Shown here: positions 40,357 to 50,065 of the stretch, piece after piece
How positions within the stretch are numbered: the stretch's first letter is position 1
Layout of the letters: each line of letters opens with the position of its first letter
NCBI GenBank assembly: GCA_963733195.1
Contig: CAVTCR010000070.1
Coordinates: forward strand, 32,001 to 96,000
From: an uncultured delta proteobacterium
GTDB taxonomy: Bacteria > Desulfobacterota > Binatia > Bin18
Reading direction: 5' to 3'
Length of the DNA: 64,000 nt
The notes under the pieces: generated by a model
Database searches by the model: none
Told to the model about the DNA's origin: nothing
Seen by the model: only the letters and a program-made list of their open reading frames with translations
Program-made: the position numbers and the translations under genes

Positions 40357-41370
40357 CTACGCTCGTGCTCGTCGCGGTAAGAGAACGACTTTCTCGGGCC
40401 CGCCCTCTTGGGGCGTCTCAGTGTATATGTCATCATACAGCGTTGCCGGATCGGGGACCGGCGATTCATCGGCAAACTTCACTGCTGCATTCACATCCTG
40501 TTTGGCTTGCTCGTCCACTGCTTTCAATTGCGCTTCGCTGGCGACCCCCAGCTGGTAAATCCGTTCGGCAAGAATACGGATCGGGTCGCGTTTCATCCAT
40601 TCCTCGACTTCTTCTTTGGTGCGATATTTAGCTGGATCGGACATCGAATGGCCACGAAAACGATAGGTTTTTGCCTCTACTAAGATCGGTAAACTCTCGG
40701 TCCGTGCCCGCTTGGCAGCACGACGAACAACCTCGCGGACTTCCAACACGTCGTCCCCGTTCACAATTTCCTGGGCCATGGGATAGCCCTTGGCGCGTAC
40801 GGCAATATCTTCAACCGCTAGGGTACGATACAGTGGAGTACCCATCGAATACAGGTTGTTCTCGCAAATGAAGATCACTGGGAGTTTCCACAGCGCCGCC
40901 AACGCCATTCCTTCATGAAACGCACCCATGTTGGCTGTTCCGTCACCAAAGAAACACAAGGTGACGTCTGGTTCACCTCGATACTTGGAGGCAAAAGCGA
41001 TACCGGCAGCAATGGGAACGTGGCTGCCAACAATCGCATGTCCGCCCATGAAGCGTTTGCTGGTGTCAAAGAAATGCATTGATCCGCCACGGCCTTTGGC
41101 ACAGCCGGTGGCTTTGCCGAACAATTCTGCCATTGCAGCATTCATATCGCCGACACGGGCCAGATAATGCGCATGTTCACGGTAGGTTGCGAGGAGGTAA
41201 TCGGTTGGTTCAACGGCAGAGATCGCGCCAACCGCGACGCCTTCCTGGCCATTATACAAATGAAGAAATCCACCTATCTTGCCACGGCTATATTGCCGAG
41301 CACATTCTTCTTCAAAGCGACGGATACGAATCATGTCACGGTACAACGACAGCATTAGATCTTTATCCAT
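40357..41370 (-). CDS. pdhA: Pyruvate dehydrogenase E1 alpha
   Basis: GFLHLYNGQE, GRGGSMH, GDG...ENN, YRFRGHSMSDP. Confidence 0.95.
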   Translation of the reverse strand: MDKDLMLSLYRDMIRIRRFEEECARQYSRGKIGGFLHLYNGQEGVAVGAISAVEPTDYLLATYREHAHYLARVGDMNAAMAELFGKATGCAKGRGGSMHFFDTSKRFMGGHAIVGSHVPIAAGIAFASKYRGEPDVTLCFFGDGTANMGAFHEGMALAALWKLPVIFICENNLYSMGTPLYRTLAVEDIAVRAKGYPMAQEIVNGDDVLEVREVVRRAAKRARTESLPILVEAKTYRFRGHSMSDPAKYRTKEEVEEWMKRDPIRILAERIYQLGVASEAQLKAVDEQAKQDVNAAVKFADESPVPDPATLYDDIYTETPQEGGPEKVVLLPRRARA

Positions 41371-41388
41371 GAGAACTCCCTTCTCTGG

Positions 41389-41515
41389 GAATGAAGAGTG
41401 TAGAATGAAAAATGAAGAATGAGCAAAGCCATAGATGTTATACCGTGCGTGGATGCCTTCTTGCTATATTCTTCATTCTTATATCTTCACTATAATTCTT
41501 ACATTCTTTTTCATC
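41389..41515. repeat. Inverted heptamer tracts (GAATGAA / TTCATTC)
   Basis: gaatgaagagtgtagaatgaaaaatgaagaatga ... ttcttcattctt...acattctttttcat. Confidence 0.65.
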
Positions 41516-42704
41516 TTCCTTTTGGCATTTTTAGCACACGTTCAGCGATAATGTTGCGCTGGATTTCTGACGTGCCAGCTTCGATCGTATTCGCCCGTGA
41601 GCGCATAAAGTGATGCTGCCAGCGTCCACCTTCAATCGCCCACGGAGACTCACGCATGAGCTGATTATACGGACCTTCCAACATCATCGCGGTTTCTTGC
41701 ATACGTTGATTGAGTTCACTCCACCATAATTTCAGAATCGACCCTTCTGGTCCCGGCGTTCCACCACGTAGAATGCGGGTAAAGTTACGATAGCAGTTAT
41801 ACTTCAAAATCTCGACATCGATGAGATGTTGTGCGAGTTGCTGACGGACCAACGGGTCTTTCGTTGCATTCTGGCCGTTGACTGACGATTGTTTCGCCAG
41901 TGTCACAAGATTCTCATAAAGGATACGAAAACGAGCTTGGGTACCGAATGAGGCTGTTCCACGTTCGTTCATGAGGGTGGTGAGTGCGACTCCCCAACCG
42001 TTGTTCAGTTCTCCGACTAAATTGGTCCGCGGTACGCGGACATCTTCAAAGAAAATCTCGTTGAACTCGGATTCGCCGGTCATCTGTCGTAATGGTCGTA
42101 CCGTAATGCCAGGACTTTTCATATCAACAAGGATATACGAAATGCCACGATGTTTTGGAGCGTCGGGATCAGTACGAACGAGGAGCATGCACCAGTCGGA
42201 GACCTGGGCGAGGGTCGTCCACACTTTTTGTCCGTTGATAATGAACTCATCGCCGTGCAATTCCGCTTTCGTGCGAATCGAGGCAACATCAGAACCGGAG
42301 CCGGGCTCGGAAAACCCTTGGCACCAGATCTCGTCACAGTTGAGGATTTTCTGTAGATGACGTTTTTTTTGTTCTTCTGTGCCATGGACGATAATCGTTG
42401 GTCCAGCCATGCTGAGTCCAAGCACGTTGAGCGGCCCCGGAGCTTCAACTTTGGCCATCTCTTCATTGAAGATAGCCATTTCGATCATTGATGCGCCACG
42501 CCCTCCGTACTCTTTGGGCCAAGATAATCCTACGTAACCACCTTCGTACATCTTTCGTTGCCAATCGCGCAGGAACGCAAGCCGTCCTTCGCCCTTGGGC
42601 GCTTTGTACTCTGCGCTTCCCCACCCAGCAGGGAGGTTCCTTTGCAACCAATCGCGGAGTTCCTGGCGAAAGTGTTCTTCTTCGGGTGAGAATGAGAAAT
42701 CCAT
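41511..42704 (-). CDS. Acyl-CoA dehydrogenase
   Basis: WCQGFSEPGSGSD, NGQKVWT, IEAGTSEIQRN. Confidence 0.92.
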   Translation of the reverse strand: MDFSFSPEEEHFRQELRDWLQRNLPAGWGSAEYKAPKGEGRLAFLRDWQRKMYEGGYVGLSWPKEYGGRGASMIEMAIFNEEMAKVEAPGPLNVLGLSMAGPTIIVHGTEEQKKRHLQKILNCDEIWCQGFSEPGSGSDVASIRTKAELHGDEFIINGQKVWTTLAQVSDWCMLLVRTDPDAPKHRGISYILVDMKSPGITVRPLRQMTGESEFNEIFFEDVRVPRTNLVGELNNGWGVALTTLMNERGTASFGTQARFRILYENLVTLAKQSSVNGQNATKDPLVRQQLAQHLIDVEILKYNCYRNFTRILRGGTPGPEGSILKLWWSELNQRMQETAMMLEGPYNQLMRESPWAIEGGRWQHHFMRSRANTIEAGTSEIQRNIIAERVLKMPKGR

Positions 42705-42814
42705 CCCTTTTCTCCTTCTTCTATCTTACATGTTCTGAACTTGCGGGGAATACAAGGGATAAAACGTGAAGCATGAAAAGAAAACTATTCTGCCTTTCCG
42801 GGTTCCTTTACGTT

Positions 42815-44554
42815 TTACGCATTACGTATTACGTCACGCGGTCCCCTTCGCGCCCCTTCCAGCATCTCTCGCGCATGCCGTCGTGCTTCAGTACTAATCT
42901 CTACACCGCCGAGCATACGAGCGATTTCTTGGAGTTGTTCACTCTGCGTGAGCTTTTTTGTAGAGGAAACTGTACGGCCCCGAGTCGTTGTCTTCACTAC
43001 GGTATACGCATGATCGGCAAAAGCAGCGATCTGGGGCAGGTGGGTGATACACAACACCTGTCGCTGCTTGGCGAGGGTTTTGAGACGACGACCAACAACT
43101 TCGGCAATAGCGCCGCCAATCCCAGCATCGACTTCGTCAAAGATCAGTGTTGGTGCTTCTCCTGCCGCTGCGCTTAAAGCTTTTAAGGCGAGCATCAGAC
43201 GAGACAGCTCACCACCAGAGGCAACTTGCACCAGCGGACGGAGCGGCTCGCCGACATTGGCAGACAGGTAGAACTCTATCTGATCACACCCTGTTGATCG
43301 GAGGTGTTGATGTCCGTGAACGAATGGAGTTCCGGTTGGCTCTCCATTTTCGTTGGCAGATGCTTCAAGAAAGCGAACGCTGAAGGTTGCACCTTTCATA
43401 CCGAGTTTAGTCAACTCTTTCTTCATGCTCGCTTCGAGTATCCGAGCGGCGTTCCGTCGGTGTTGCGACAACTCCTGTGCCCATGTCCATGCGGCGGCCG
43501 AGGCGGTTTCTATGTCCTGCCGCAAAGTACCGAGTGCTTCTTCCCCACCCTCGAGCTGCTGTAATTCTTGTGTGATTGATTCATACAACGCGAGCGCTGC
43601 CTCAAGACTGCCACCATATTTGTGTTTGAGGCGCGAGAGTAAGGTGAGTCGTGTATCGACCTCTTCCAGTCGATCTGGATTGAGGCGAACGCGGGTTCCG
43701 TATTTATGGAGTGACCGGGCGGCTTCTTCGACCTGAGCGACACTACTACTGACCAGGGCAACAATATCTTCTAGTCCACCATCAATCCGGGCCAATTCAC
43801 GCAGCCGAGTCAGTAGTCGTCCTAGGCGATCGGTAACAGCTTCTTCTCCTCCGACCAACAGCTCTTCTCCAGCAATCACTCCTTGTGCAAGTTTTTCTGC
43901 GTTTACGAGGAGCAATTTCTCTTGACGAAGACTTTCATCTTCTCCCAGATGGAGGTCTGCTCGTTTGATTTCGTCAGCTTGGAAACGGAGAAGCTCCCGT
44001 CGTGCCTGCGCAGCCTCTTTGCCTTGGGTGAGGGCCTGAAGCCGAGACCATAGCTGGCGGAGCGCAGAATAGCGTGTGTCCATCTCTCGGAGCTGCAGCG
44101 TGTGGCTGGCAAAGCCATCGAGTAGTCCTAACGCAGCTTCTGCTTGGAGTAAGACTTGCTGCTCATGCTGTCCGTAGATGTGCATGAGTTGCTCGCCGAG
44201 TTGGCGGAGGACCGCGACGGTTGCGACTGCACCGTTGAGATACACGCGGCCACGCCCATTCTGTGAGATGATCCGTCGCACGAGCAGTTCGTCATCGGTG
44301 GGATATCCGCTTTCCTCTAAAAGGCGCGTGATACGATCGTCATCAATCGTAAATACGGCTTCAACGCTGGCTTCTTGGGCCTCGTGACGAATAAGGTCGG
44401 ACGCTGCGCGGCTGCCAATGGCTAGTCCCAGCGCTTGCATCAGTAAGCTTTTGCCGGCACCGGTCTCTCCAGTAATGACATTAAAGCCTTCGTCGAATGA
44501 GACTTCGAGATCATCGATCAGAGCAAGGTTCTTGATATGAAGATGACGGAGCAT
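42815..44554 (-). CDS. recN: DNA repair protein RecN
   Basis: TGETGAGKS, ASGGELSR, IFDEVDAG, ITHLPQIA. Confidence 0.95.
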   Translation of the reverse strand: MLRHLHIKNLALIDDLEVSFDEGFNVITGETGAGKSLLMQALGLAIGSRAASDLIRHEAQEASVEAVFTIDDDRITRLLEESGYPTDDELLVRRIISQNGRGRVYLNGAVATVAVLRQLGEQLMHIYGQHEQQVLLQAEAALGLLDGFASHTLQLREMDTRYSALRQLWSRLQALTQGKEAAQARRELLRFQADEIKRADLHLGEDESLRQEKLLLVNAEKLAQGVIAGEELLVGGEEAVTDRLGRLLTRLRELARIDGGLEDIVALVSSSVAQVEEAARSLHKYGTRVRLNPDRLEEVDTRLTLLSRLKHKYGGSLEAALALYESITQELQQLEGGEEALGTLRQDIETASAAAWTWAQELSQHRRNAARILEASMKKELTKLGMKGATFSVRFLEASANENGEPTGTPFVHGHQHLRSTGCDQIEFYLSANVGEPLRPLVQVASGGELSRLMLALKALSAAAGEAPTLIFDEVDAGIGGAIAEVVGRRLKTLAKQRQVLCITHLPQIAAFADHAYTVVKTTTRGRTVSSTKKLTQSEQLQEIARMLGGVEISTEARRHAREMLEGARRGPRDVIRNA

Positions 44555-44638
44555 GGCGTTTGAGCCGTCAGCAATCAGCCTTCAGCGAAATATCCGCAAA
44601 TTGTACCTTCTGTAGTTCTTCCAACAAGGCCGGGGGCT

Positions 44639-47431
44639 TTATGGTGCTACGGTCGGTCGTTGTGCGTCTTGTAGTCGGAGGCTAAGGATCTTGGCCAGAT
44701 TCAGGAAAATCTTAGCGCCGATACGAGGATAGCGCTTCTGTATGCGATTCAGGAAACGATCGTTGACTGCCAGGACTTCGACATCATCGGTGGCAAGTAC
44801 ATCGGCGGTCCGCACATGATCGCCAAGGAGCGCCATCTCGCCCAGGACGTCTCCCCGTTGCAGTGTCCGTGCCCGGCGTGGTTGGGTGTCAGGATTGATA
44901 ATCACGTCCGCTGCACCGCTGAGGAGGAGGTACATCTCCTCGCCTTTCTCTCCGTGCCGGATGATGTGTTGTCCCTTAGCAAACTTTTTCAGTTCGCCCA
45001 TCAGAGTTACGATACGGGCCTGGAGCGGTCGCAACCCTTGAAACAACTGGATCGTCTTGTGTGGATCTTTGCCGAGTTTCATATGGAGAAGATCCCACAA
45101 CGTAATGATGCGTGTTGTCGCCAACATTGCCGGCAAGAGCAAGAATTCGCCAATCACGCCGATTACGATCGTCGCGGCGGACAGCAAGCCGAATTCTTGG
45201 ATCGGGACAAAAGTTGCGGTGCCGAGGGTGAGAAACCCCAGGAACAGCAGTCCAGAGTAATAAAGTGCCGGTTTGCCCACTGTAGACAACGCTTCGATGA
45301 GCGCCTCCCCTTCTTTGTCGGTGTTGCGCACTTCGGAACTCAAACGGTACATGATGTGAATGGTATCATCTACTGCCAGCCCAAGAGCGATAGAAGCAAT
45401 GATATTGGTGCCAAAGTTAAGCGCGACGCCCATCAAACCCATCAAGCCGAAAAAGATCATGATGGGAAACAAATTAGGAATCATGGCAATCAGCCCGACC
45501 CGCGACGAAAGAAACATCGCCGCCATAAGGATGAAAATGACCACCGCGGTGAGCGTCAAACTTTGTGCCTGGCCACTGACAATGTCACCAGTAGTTTTTG
45601 TCAACAAAATAATACTTCCCGTGGGATGCGCTTTGAGCTCGGGAGGAAGAATCTCGGCAGCCAGGGCTTGGATTTTTTCCACGGTAGCGGCGAGGTCATT
45701 TGAGCGCGACAGCGAGGTGCGTACAAGAATGTTAGTGCGTGAGAACTCGGGGTTCACCACCAAGGCGAGGCTTTTCGGTCGCCCTGCAAACAATTGCATA
45801 ACCCCTTTTAGTTGCTCGGGGTTTTCGAGAAAGGTTGTCTTCTTTCCAGATGCTTGAACTGTAGGCTCGACCAACTCTCCTTCGGGGGAGACTTCGAGGC
45901 TACCGCCTCCCTCTTGCACTCCACGGTCGATGAGTAAACAGTAATCTACGAAGGATACTGTCTTATCGACTCCCGGTAAGGCATCGATTGCCTCTTGCAA
46001 GGTGCGTAGTCGCCGTAAGGTTTCCCACTGCTTCATCACATCGCGGGTCGTTCCATCAACCACGACATTAAACGCCATGCTGCCAGCGAGCTGACGACTG
46101 ACCACGTCCGTGGCCTGACGAATGGGGTCTGATGGACGGAAGAACGATTGAAAGTCAGAATTGACCTGAACCTTAGGAATCTGGTAGGCCGCGAGGAGCG
46201 CCACAATAGCGCATCCCATGATAACTGCACGCCGCTGCCGAATGACTGCCCTAGTCAACTGCCGCAGCTTGGTACTGAGCCCTGGGGCAAAGGAGTCCAC
46301 GCGTCGGTTTGGTAAACGCAACATTGCGAGCAGCGCCGGTACGAGGGTGAGCGAGAACACGAACGCCAAGGTGATACCGAGCGACGAGTAGATGCCCATT
46401 TCGCGAATACTGACGATCGGGTTCAGCGTTTGCGAGAAAAATCCCATAACGGTTGTCAGGGCGGCCATTAGGGCTGGGGTGTTGATTGTCTGTAATGTCT
46501 CCGACACCACTTCCTTGGGCGAGCGGTCAGGTCGTGCGAGTTCATAGTACTCGGCAACCACATGGAGTGAATAGGCGACGCCGATTACCAGCACCAGCGG
46601 TGGCAGCGCGATACTGCCCAGGCTGAGGGCATCCCCATTGAGTACCATGATCCCCAGAGTCCAAATCAGACTAACGATCACCGTCAAGGTCGGGAGCAGA
46701 ACACCACGCAGCGAGCGGAAACAAAAAAACAAAACCACGACAATAAACAGCAACATCAACGGCACAAAGCGTGACAAGTCACGCTGCATGACATGGGTTG
46801 AGTAGACCTTAAAGTGAGGTAAGCCGGTGTAGTACCATCGTTCAGGCCGCTGCTCTTGAACGGCGGTAGCATTTTCCCGCTCGACGATTTTCTGGATCGT
46901 GTCATCAATGCCACGGCGCATGAATTCGTCGTTGCTCATCTCGGCAAAAAAGATATTGATGGCCGCCGCCCGCCCGTCGGGAGCCACGAGGATTTTGAGA
47001 TAAATCGGACGATCGGCCAACTTCTCTTGTAGGGCCGTGGACGCTGCCGGCGTAGTTGGGATTTGCGGCATGATCAGCGGCGGCTCGGTCACATCGACCA
47101 CTGGGTCTACCGCATTAGCAAGGCTGAGCACGCTCGCTACCCCTTCAACCTTTTCAATTTCTTTGGTGAGACGTTGGAGCTTGTTCAACACCTCGGCGGC
47201 GTAGATACTGTCGGCGACGACAGCAATGACGCCGACTTCATCGTTCCCGAACAGCTTACGAACTTCCGCATAGTATTGATTGTCCGGGTCATTTTCCGGC
47301 AGTAGCCGATCCATTGAGCCATCGAGCCGGATATGTTGCGCGTGATAACCAAAGAAACAGGTCAGCGCGAAGATGAACAATAAGACGATCTGGGGTTTGT
47401 CCACAATCAGACGGAAGATCCGCTGCATCAC
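44639..47431 (-). CDS. MMPL/RND-family transporter fused to a C-terminal cyclic-nucleotide-binding domain
   Basis: Two TM repeats with GLAVDDTIH; C-terminal GDVLGEMALL...RTADV. Confidence 0.85.
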   Translation of the reverse strand: MMQRIFRLIVDKPQIVLLFIFALTCFFGYHAQHIRLDGSMDRLLPENDPDNQYYAEVRKLFGNDEVGVIAVVADSIYAAEVLNKLQRLTKEIEKVEGVASVLSLANAVDPVVDVTEPPLIMPQIPTTPAASTALQEKLADRPIYLKILVAPDGRAAAINIFFAEMSNDEFMRRGIDDTIQKIVERENATAVQEQRPERWYYTGLPHFKVYSTHVMQRDLSRFVPLMLLFIVVVLFFCFRSLRGVLLPTLTVIVSLIWTLGIMVLNGDALSLGSIALPPLVLVIGVAYSLHVVAEYYELARPDRSPKEVVSETLQTINTPALMAALTTVMGFFSQTLNPIVSIREMGIYSSLGITLAFVFSLTLVPALLAMLRLPNRRVDSFAPGLSTKLRQLTRAVIRQRRAVIMGCAIVALLAAYQIPKVQVNSDFQSFFRPSDPIRQATDVVSRQLAGSMAFNVVVDGTTRDVMKQWETLRRLRTLQEAIDALPGVDKTVSFVDYCLLIDRGVQEGGGSLEVSPEGELVEPTVQASGKKTTFLENPEQLKGVMQLFAGRPKSLALVVNPEFSRTNILVRTSLSRSNDLAATVEKIQALAAEILPPELKAHPTGSIILLTKTTGDIVSGQAQSLTLTAVVIFILMAAMFLSSRVGLIAMIPNLFPIMIFFGLMGLMGVALNFGTNIIASIALGLAVDDTIHIMYRLSSEVRNTDKEGEALIEALSTVGKPALYYSGLLFLGFLTLGTATFVPIQEFGLLSAATIVIGVIGEFLLLPAMLATTRIITLWDLLHMKLGKDPHKTIQLFQGLRPLQARIVTLMGELKKFAKGQHIIRHGEKGEEMYLLLSGAADVIINPDTQPRRARTLQRGDVLGEMALLGDHVRTADVLATDDVEVLAVNDRFLNRIQKRYPRIGAKIFLNLAKILSLRLQDAQRPTVAP

Positions 47432-47720
47432 GCCTCCCCACTATTCGATGATGGAGCATCCATAATCTGACTGACAGTTATAGCAAGCAAGCTGGGAAGG
47501 GAAAGAGGAGCTTAGAAGGCGAAGCAGTTGCTGGATAGAGTATGGTTTCCTCATTGAAATGTGGATCGGGCATCCGGCACCGAGTGGATAGAGACATCCC
47601 GGCAGGGCGTCTCGATAAAATCTCCACAATTCAGATAGGAACTCTTATGGTGAGAAACCCTCCGGCTTGACCACACGGCATACTCTGCGCTAAGCCAAAA
47701 GACAGAGGTGCTGTGAACGC

Positions 47721-48848
47721 GTGGCGGACCTTGGTGGGCTGAATCAACTCATTTGGAGTATGGGGCTAAAATTTCGTGCTGCGTTAGCTCAACAGTCTCA
47801 CTCGGCCTATAATCAACCCCTTCACAATCAAGCAATAACGCTTGCGACGACACATCTCTTCCTTGCCTTGCCTGATGCCGTGCGGCGGACCCTCAAGCGG
47901 ACGACACCCGAGGCAATTGCTCAACAAGGAAAATTCTTAGGCTCGTCAGTGTCTCCACTGGCGATTTGGTTGTTTGGCTACCATTTTTTGGTTGGACGTG
48001 AGATTCTTATTGACCTTGGTCAGGTGTCAGCCAACGCCCATGCGGAGGATATTGCGTTGGTTCTCGATTTCTGGCGCCGACTTGCTTTTGCTCATCGTGG
48101 GGATGGACGTCTGGATAATAGCGATGCCGGTGCGACGAATGATTTCTTGCCACCGGCGACGATACAGCAACTCTATGAAGCGCTGGTTCCGGTCGATACC
48201 GCGATTCAGCCTCGGTTAACGCAATTCTTGACGACTACAGATGAGTATCGCATACGCTTGCATGCTGGGGCACGGGTCGGTTGTGCTGACTCCGGCCCCT
48301 ATCCGCTCAATATCGAACGTATACTGATTGTGAGAGATTGTTGTGACCTCAAAGGAACCTACTATCCTTGGCGAGATCTTGTTGCCGATGTTCCGTATCG
48401 TACCTGTGCTCTTGCGATGACATTTGATGCTGAAGATTTTCAGACCCTCGAACTCAGTGACCATAGCGAGATCCGAGCGATCCCGCCTGAGTATCCGACA
48501 CTCATACGTGAAATCACTTTTGTAGCCGGGAATGATGGGTCGAACCGTGTTCTTCCTATTACGGAAATGGATTGGCTAACACGCAGTGTGAAGAAAGTCC
48601 AACCTAAGCTTGAGAGATGGTTTAGCCGCCAGACGCGACAGGAGCAGATTATGGCGTGTGCATTGCCATGGATCGTGTCACCACTTGCTCTTCTGTCAGC
48701 GGAGGAAGGACACCGCGCGGGAGACCTTTCTCCGCTAGCGCTGCAACTGCTCCCTGTATATGAAACAGATGCAACGGTTGCTGCGCGGTGGCGGACGCAT
48801 CGCTGCTTGGCGCCGGGGAGTACGAGTGCCTTTGTTCCACTGATGTAA
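47721..48848 (+). CDS. Hypothetical protein
   Basis: 375-aa ORF with gaggtg upstream; no family recognised. Confidence 0.6.
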   Translation: MADLGGLNQLIWSMGLKFRAALAQQSHSAYNQPLHNQAITLATTHLFLALPDAVRRTLKRTTPEAIAQQGKFLGSSVSPLAIWLFGYHFLVGREILIDLGQVSANAHAEDIALVLDFWRRLAFAHRGDGRLDNSDAGATNDFLPPATIQQLYEALVPVDTAIQPRLTQFLTTTDEYRIRLHAGARVGCADSGPYPLNIERILIVRDCCDLKGTYYPWRDLVADVPYRTCALAMTFDAEDFQTLELSDHSEIRAIPPEYPTLIREITFVAGNDGSNRVLPITEMDWLTRSVKKVQPKLERWFSRQTRQEQIMACALPWIVSPLALLSAEEGHRAGDLSPLALQLLPVYETDATVAARWRTHRCLAPGSTSAFVPLM

Positions 48849-48900
48849 AGTGAAACGGCTTCCCCTCGACGCTATCGTTCTCCTATTGTTGCAAGCGATC

Positions 48901-49052
48901 GTCGTTCATGCTTCGATCCTTCGACAAGCTCAGGACAGGCTTGACCCTGAGGGGCACGCTCTGCACGAACGGAAGGCGGTAGGAGCTAAAAACCGTTCAC
49001 CCTGAGCCCTTCGGCTACGCTCAGGATAAACTACGCCCAGCGGATTCGAAGG
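48901..49052. repeat. Palindromic interspersed element (CCTTCGAC..GCTCAGGAC type)
   Basis: ccttcgacaagctcaggacagg and cctgagcccttcggctacgctcaggataaac; related to the nested parts of 53980-54123. Confidence 0.65.
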
Positions 49053-49126
49053 CGAACTCAGACAAGTCCCGCTACATTATTGCTCCTCGGTTTCTCTTTG
49101 CCTGCTACCTGCTATGATCGTTGCGC

Positions 49127-50038
49127 ATGGCCGAAAAAAAGATTGCCCTCCCACCGTTGTTTACGCCACAGTTTCTTGCGGGGCTCGAAACTTTGCGTGT
49201 TCGTGCTCGACGCCAGTTCCTTGGCAATCGGCCCGGAAGTCATCTCTCGCCTCATCGTGGAGCAGGCCTCGAATTTGCTGATTATCGCCACTATACGCCT
49301 GGTGATGATTTACGGTACATCGACTGGAAGCTCTACAGCCGTACTGATCGCATATACATTAAACTCTTTCAGGAAGAAGAAGAACTCTATACTTCGCTGT
49401 TCCTCGACCTGAGCGCGTCGATGGCCTGTCCTGCCACAAGCGGAAAGTATGAAGCCGCGCGTGACTTGGCGCTAGCCCTGGCGTATGTCGTGCTCGCCAA
49501 CGATGATGCTGTGAAACTGCACGCTCTGAGCAGCCAAAGCGGTGTCCAGGCCACTCCGTTTTTTCGCGGACGCTCTCGGATGTTCGATCTTGCGACGTTT
49601 CTGCACGCGCGCCCTCCAGTGGGAAAAGTAGAAACTCCTGCTGTGCTTGCACAGCACCTACAGATTGTGCGCCGTCCTGGTAAAGCGATCTGGATCTCTG
49701 ACTTTTTATTCTCTTCGACAGTGTACCAGAGTGGACTCAATCTCTTGCGTGCCGCGAATTTCGATATCGCAGTCATTCAGGTGCTCGGAGCCAATGAGGT
49801 TGATCCTCCTGTCCAGTCTGAGGGAGTCCAGATGGTGGATAGCGAAAGTGGAGAATCAGTGCTGGTGCGTTTTGATAGTGTCGCGAAGAAAGAATACCTT
49901 CGCCGACTCGACGGGCACAACCGCACGTTACGCAGCTTTTGTCACCAAATGGGTGTGCACCATGTACTGTTTACAACTGCACAGGATCTGCGAACGTTTG
50001 TCCTCCGCGAGTTACCGAGGTTAGGGTTACTCGTATGA
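49127..50038 (+). CDS. DUF58 family protein (MoxR-associated)
   Basis: EFADYRHYTPGDDLRYIDWK, DLSASM, ISDF. Confidence 0.9.
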   Translation: MAEKKIALPPLFTPQFLAGLETLRVRARRQFLGNRPGSHLSPHRGAGLEFADYRHYTPGDDLRYIDWKLYSRTDRIYIKLFQEEEELYTSLFLDLSASMACPATSGKYEAARDLALALAYVVLANDDAVKLHALSSQSGVQATPFFRGRSRMFDLATFLHARPPVGKVETPAVLAQHLQIVRRPGKAIWISDFLFSSTVYQSGLNLLRAANFDIAVIQVLGANEVDPPVQSEGVQMVDSESGESVLVRFDSVAKKEYLRRLDGHNRTLRSFCHQMGVHHVLFTTAQDLRTFVLRELPRLGLLV

Positions 50039-50065
50039 GGAGTACTCCATAACCGGTTAGGAAGA

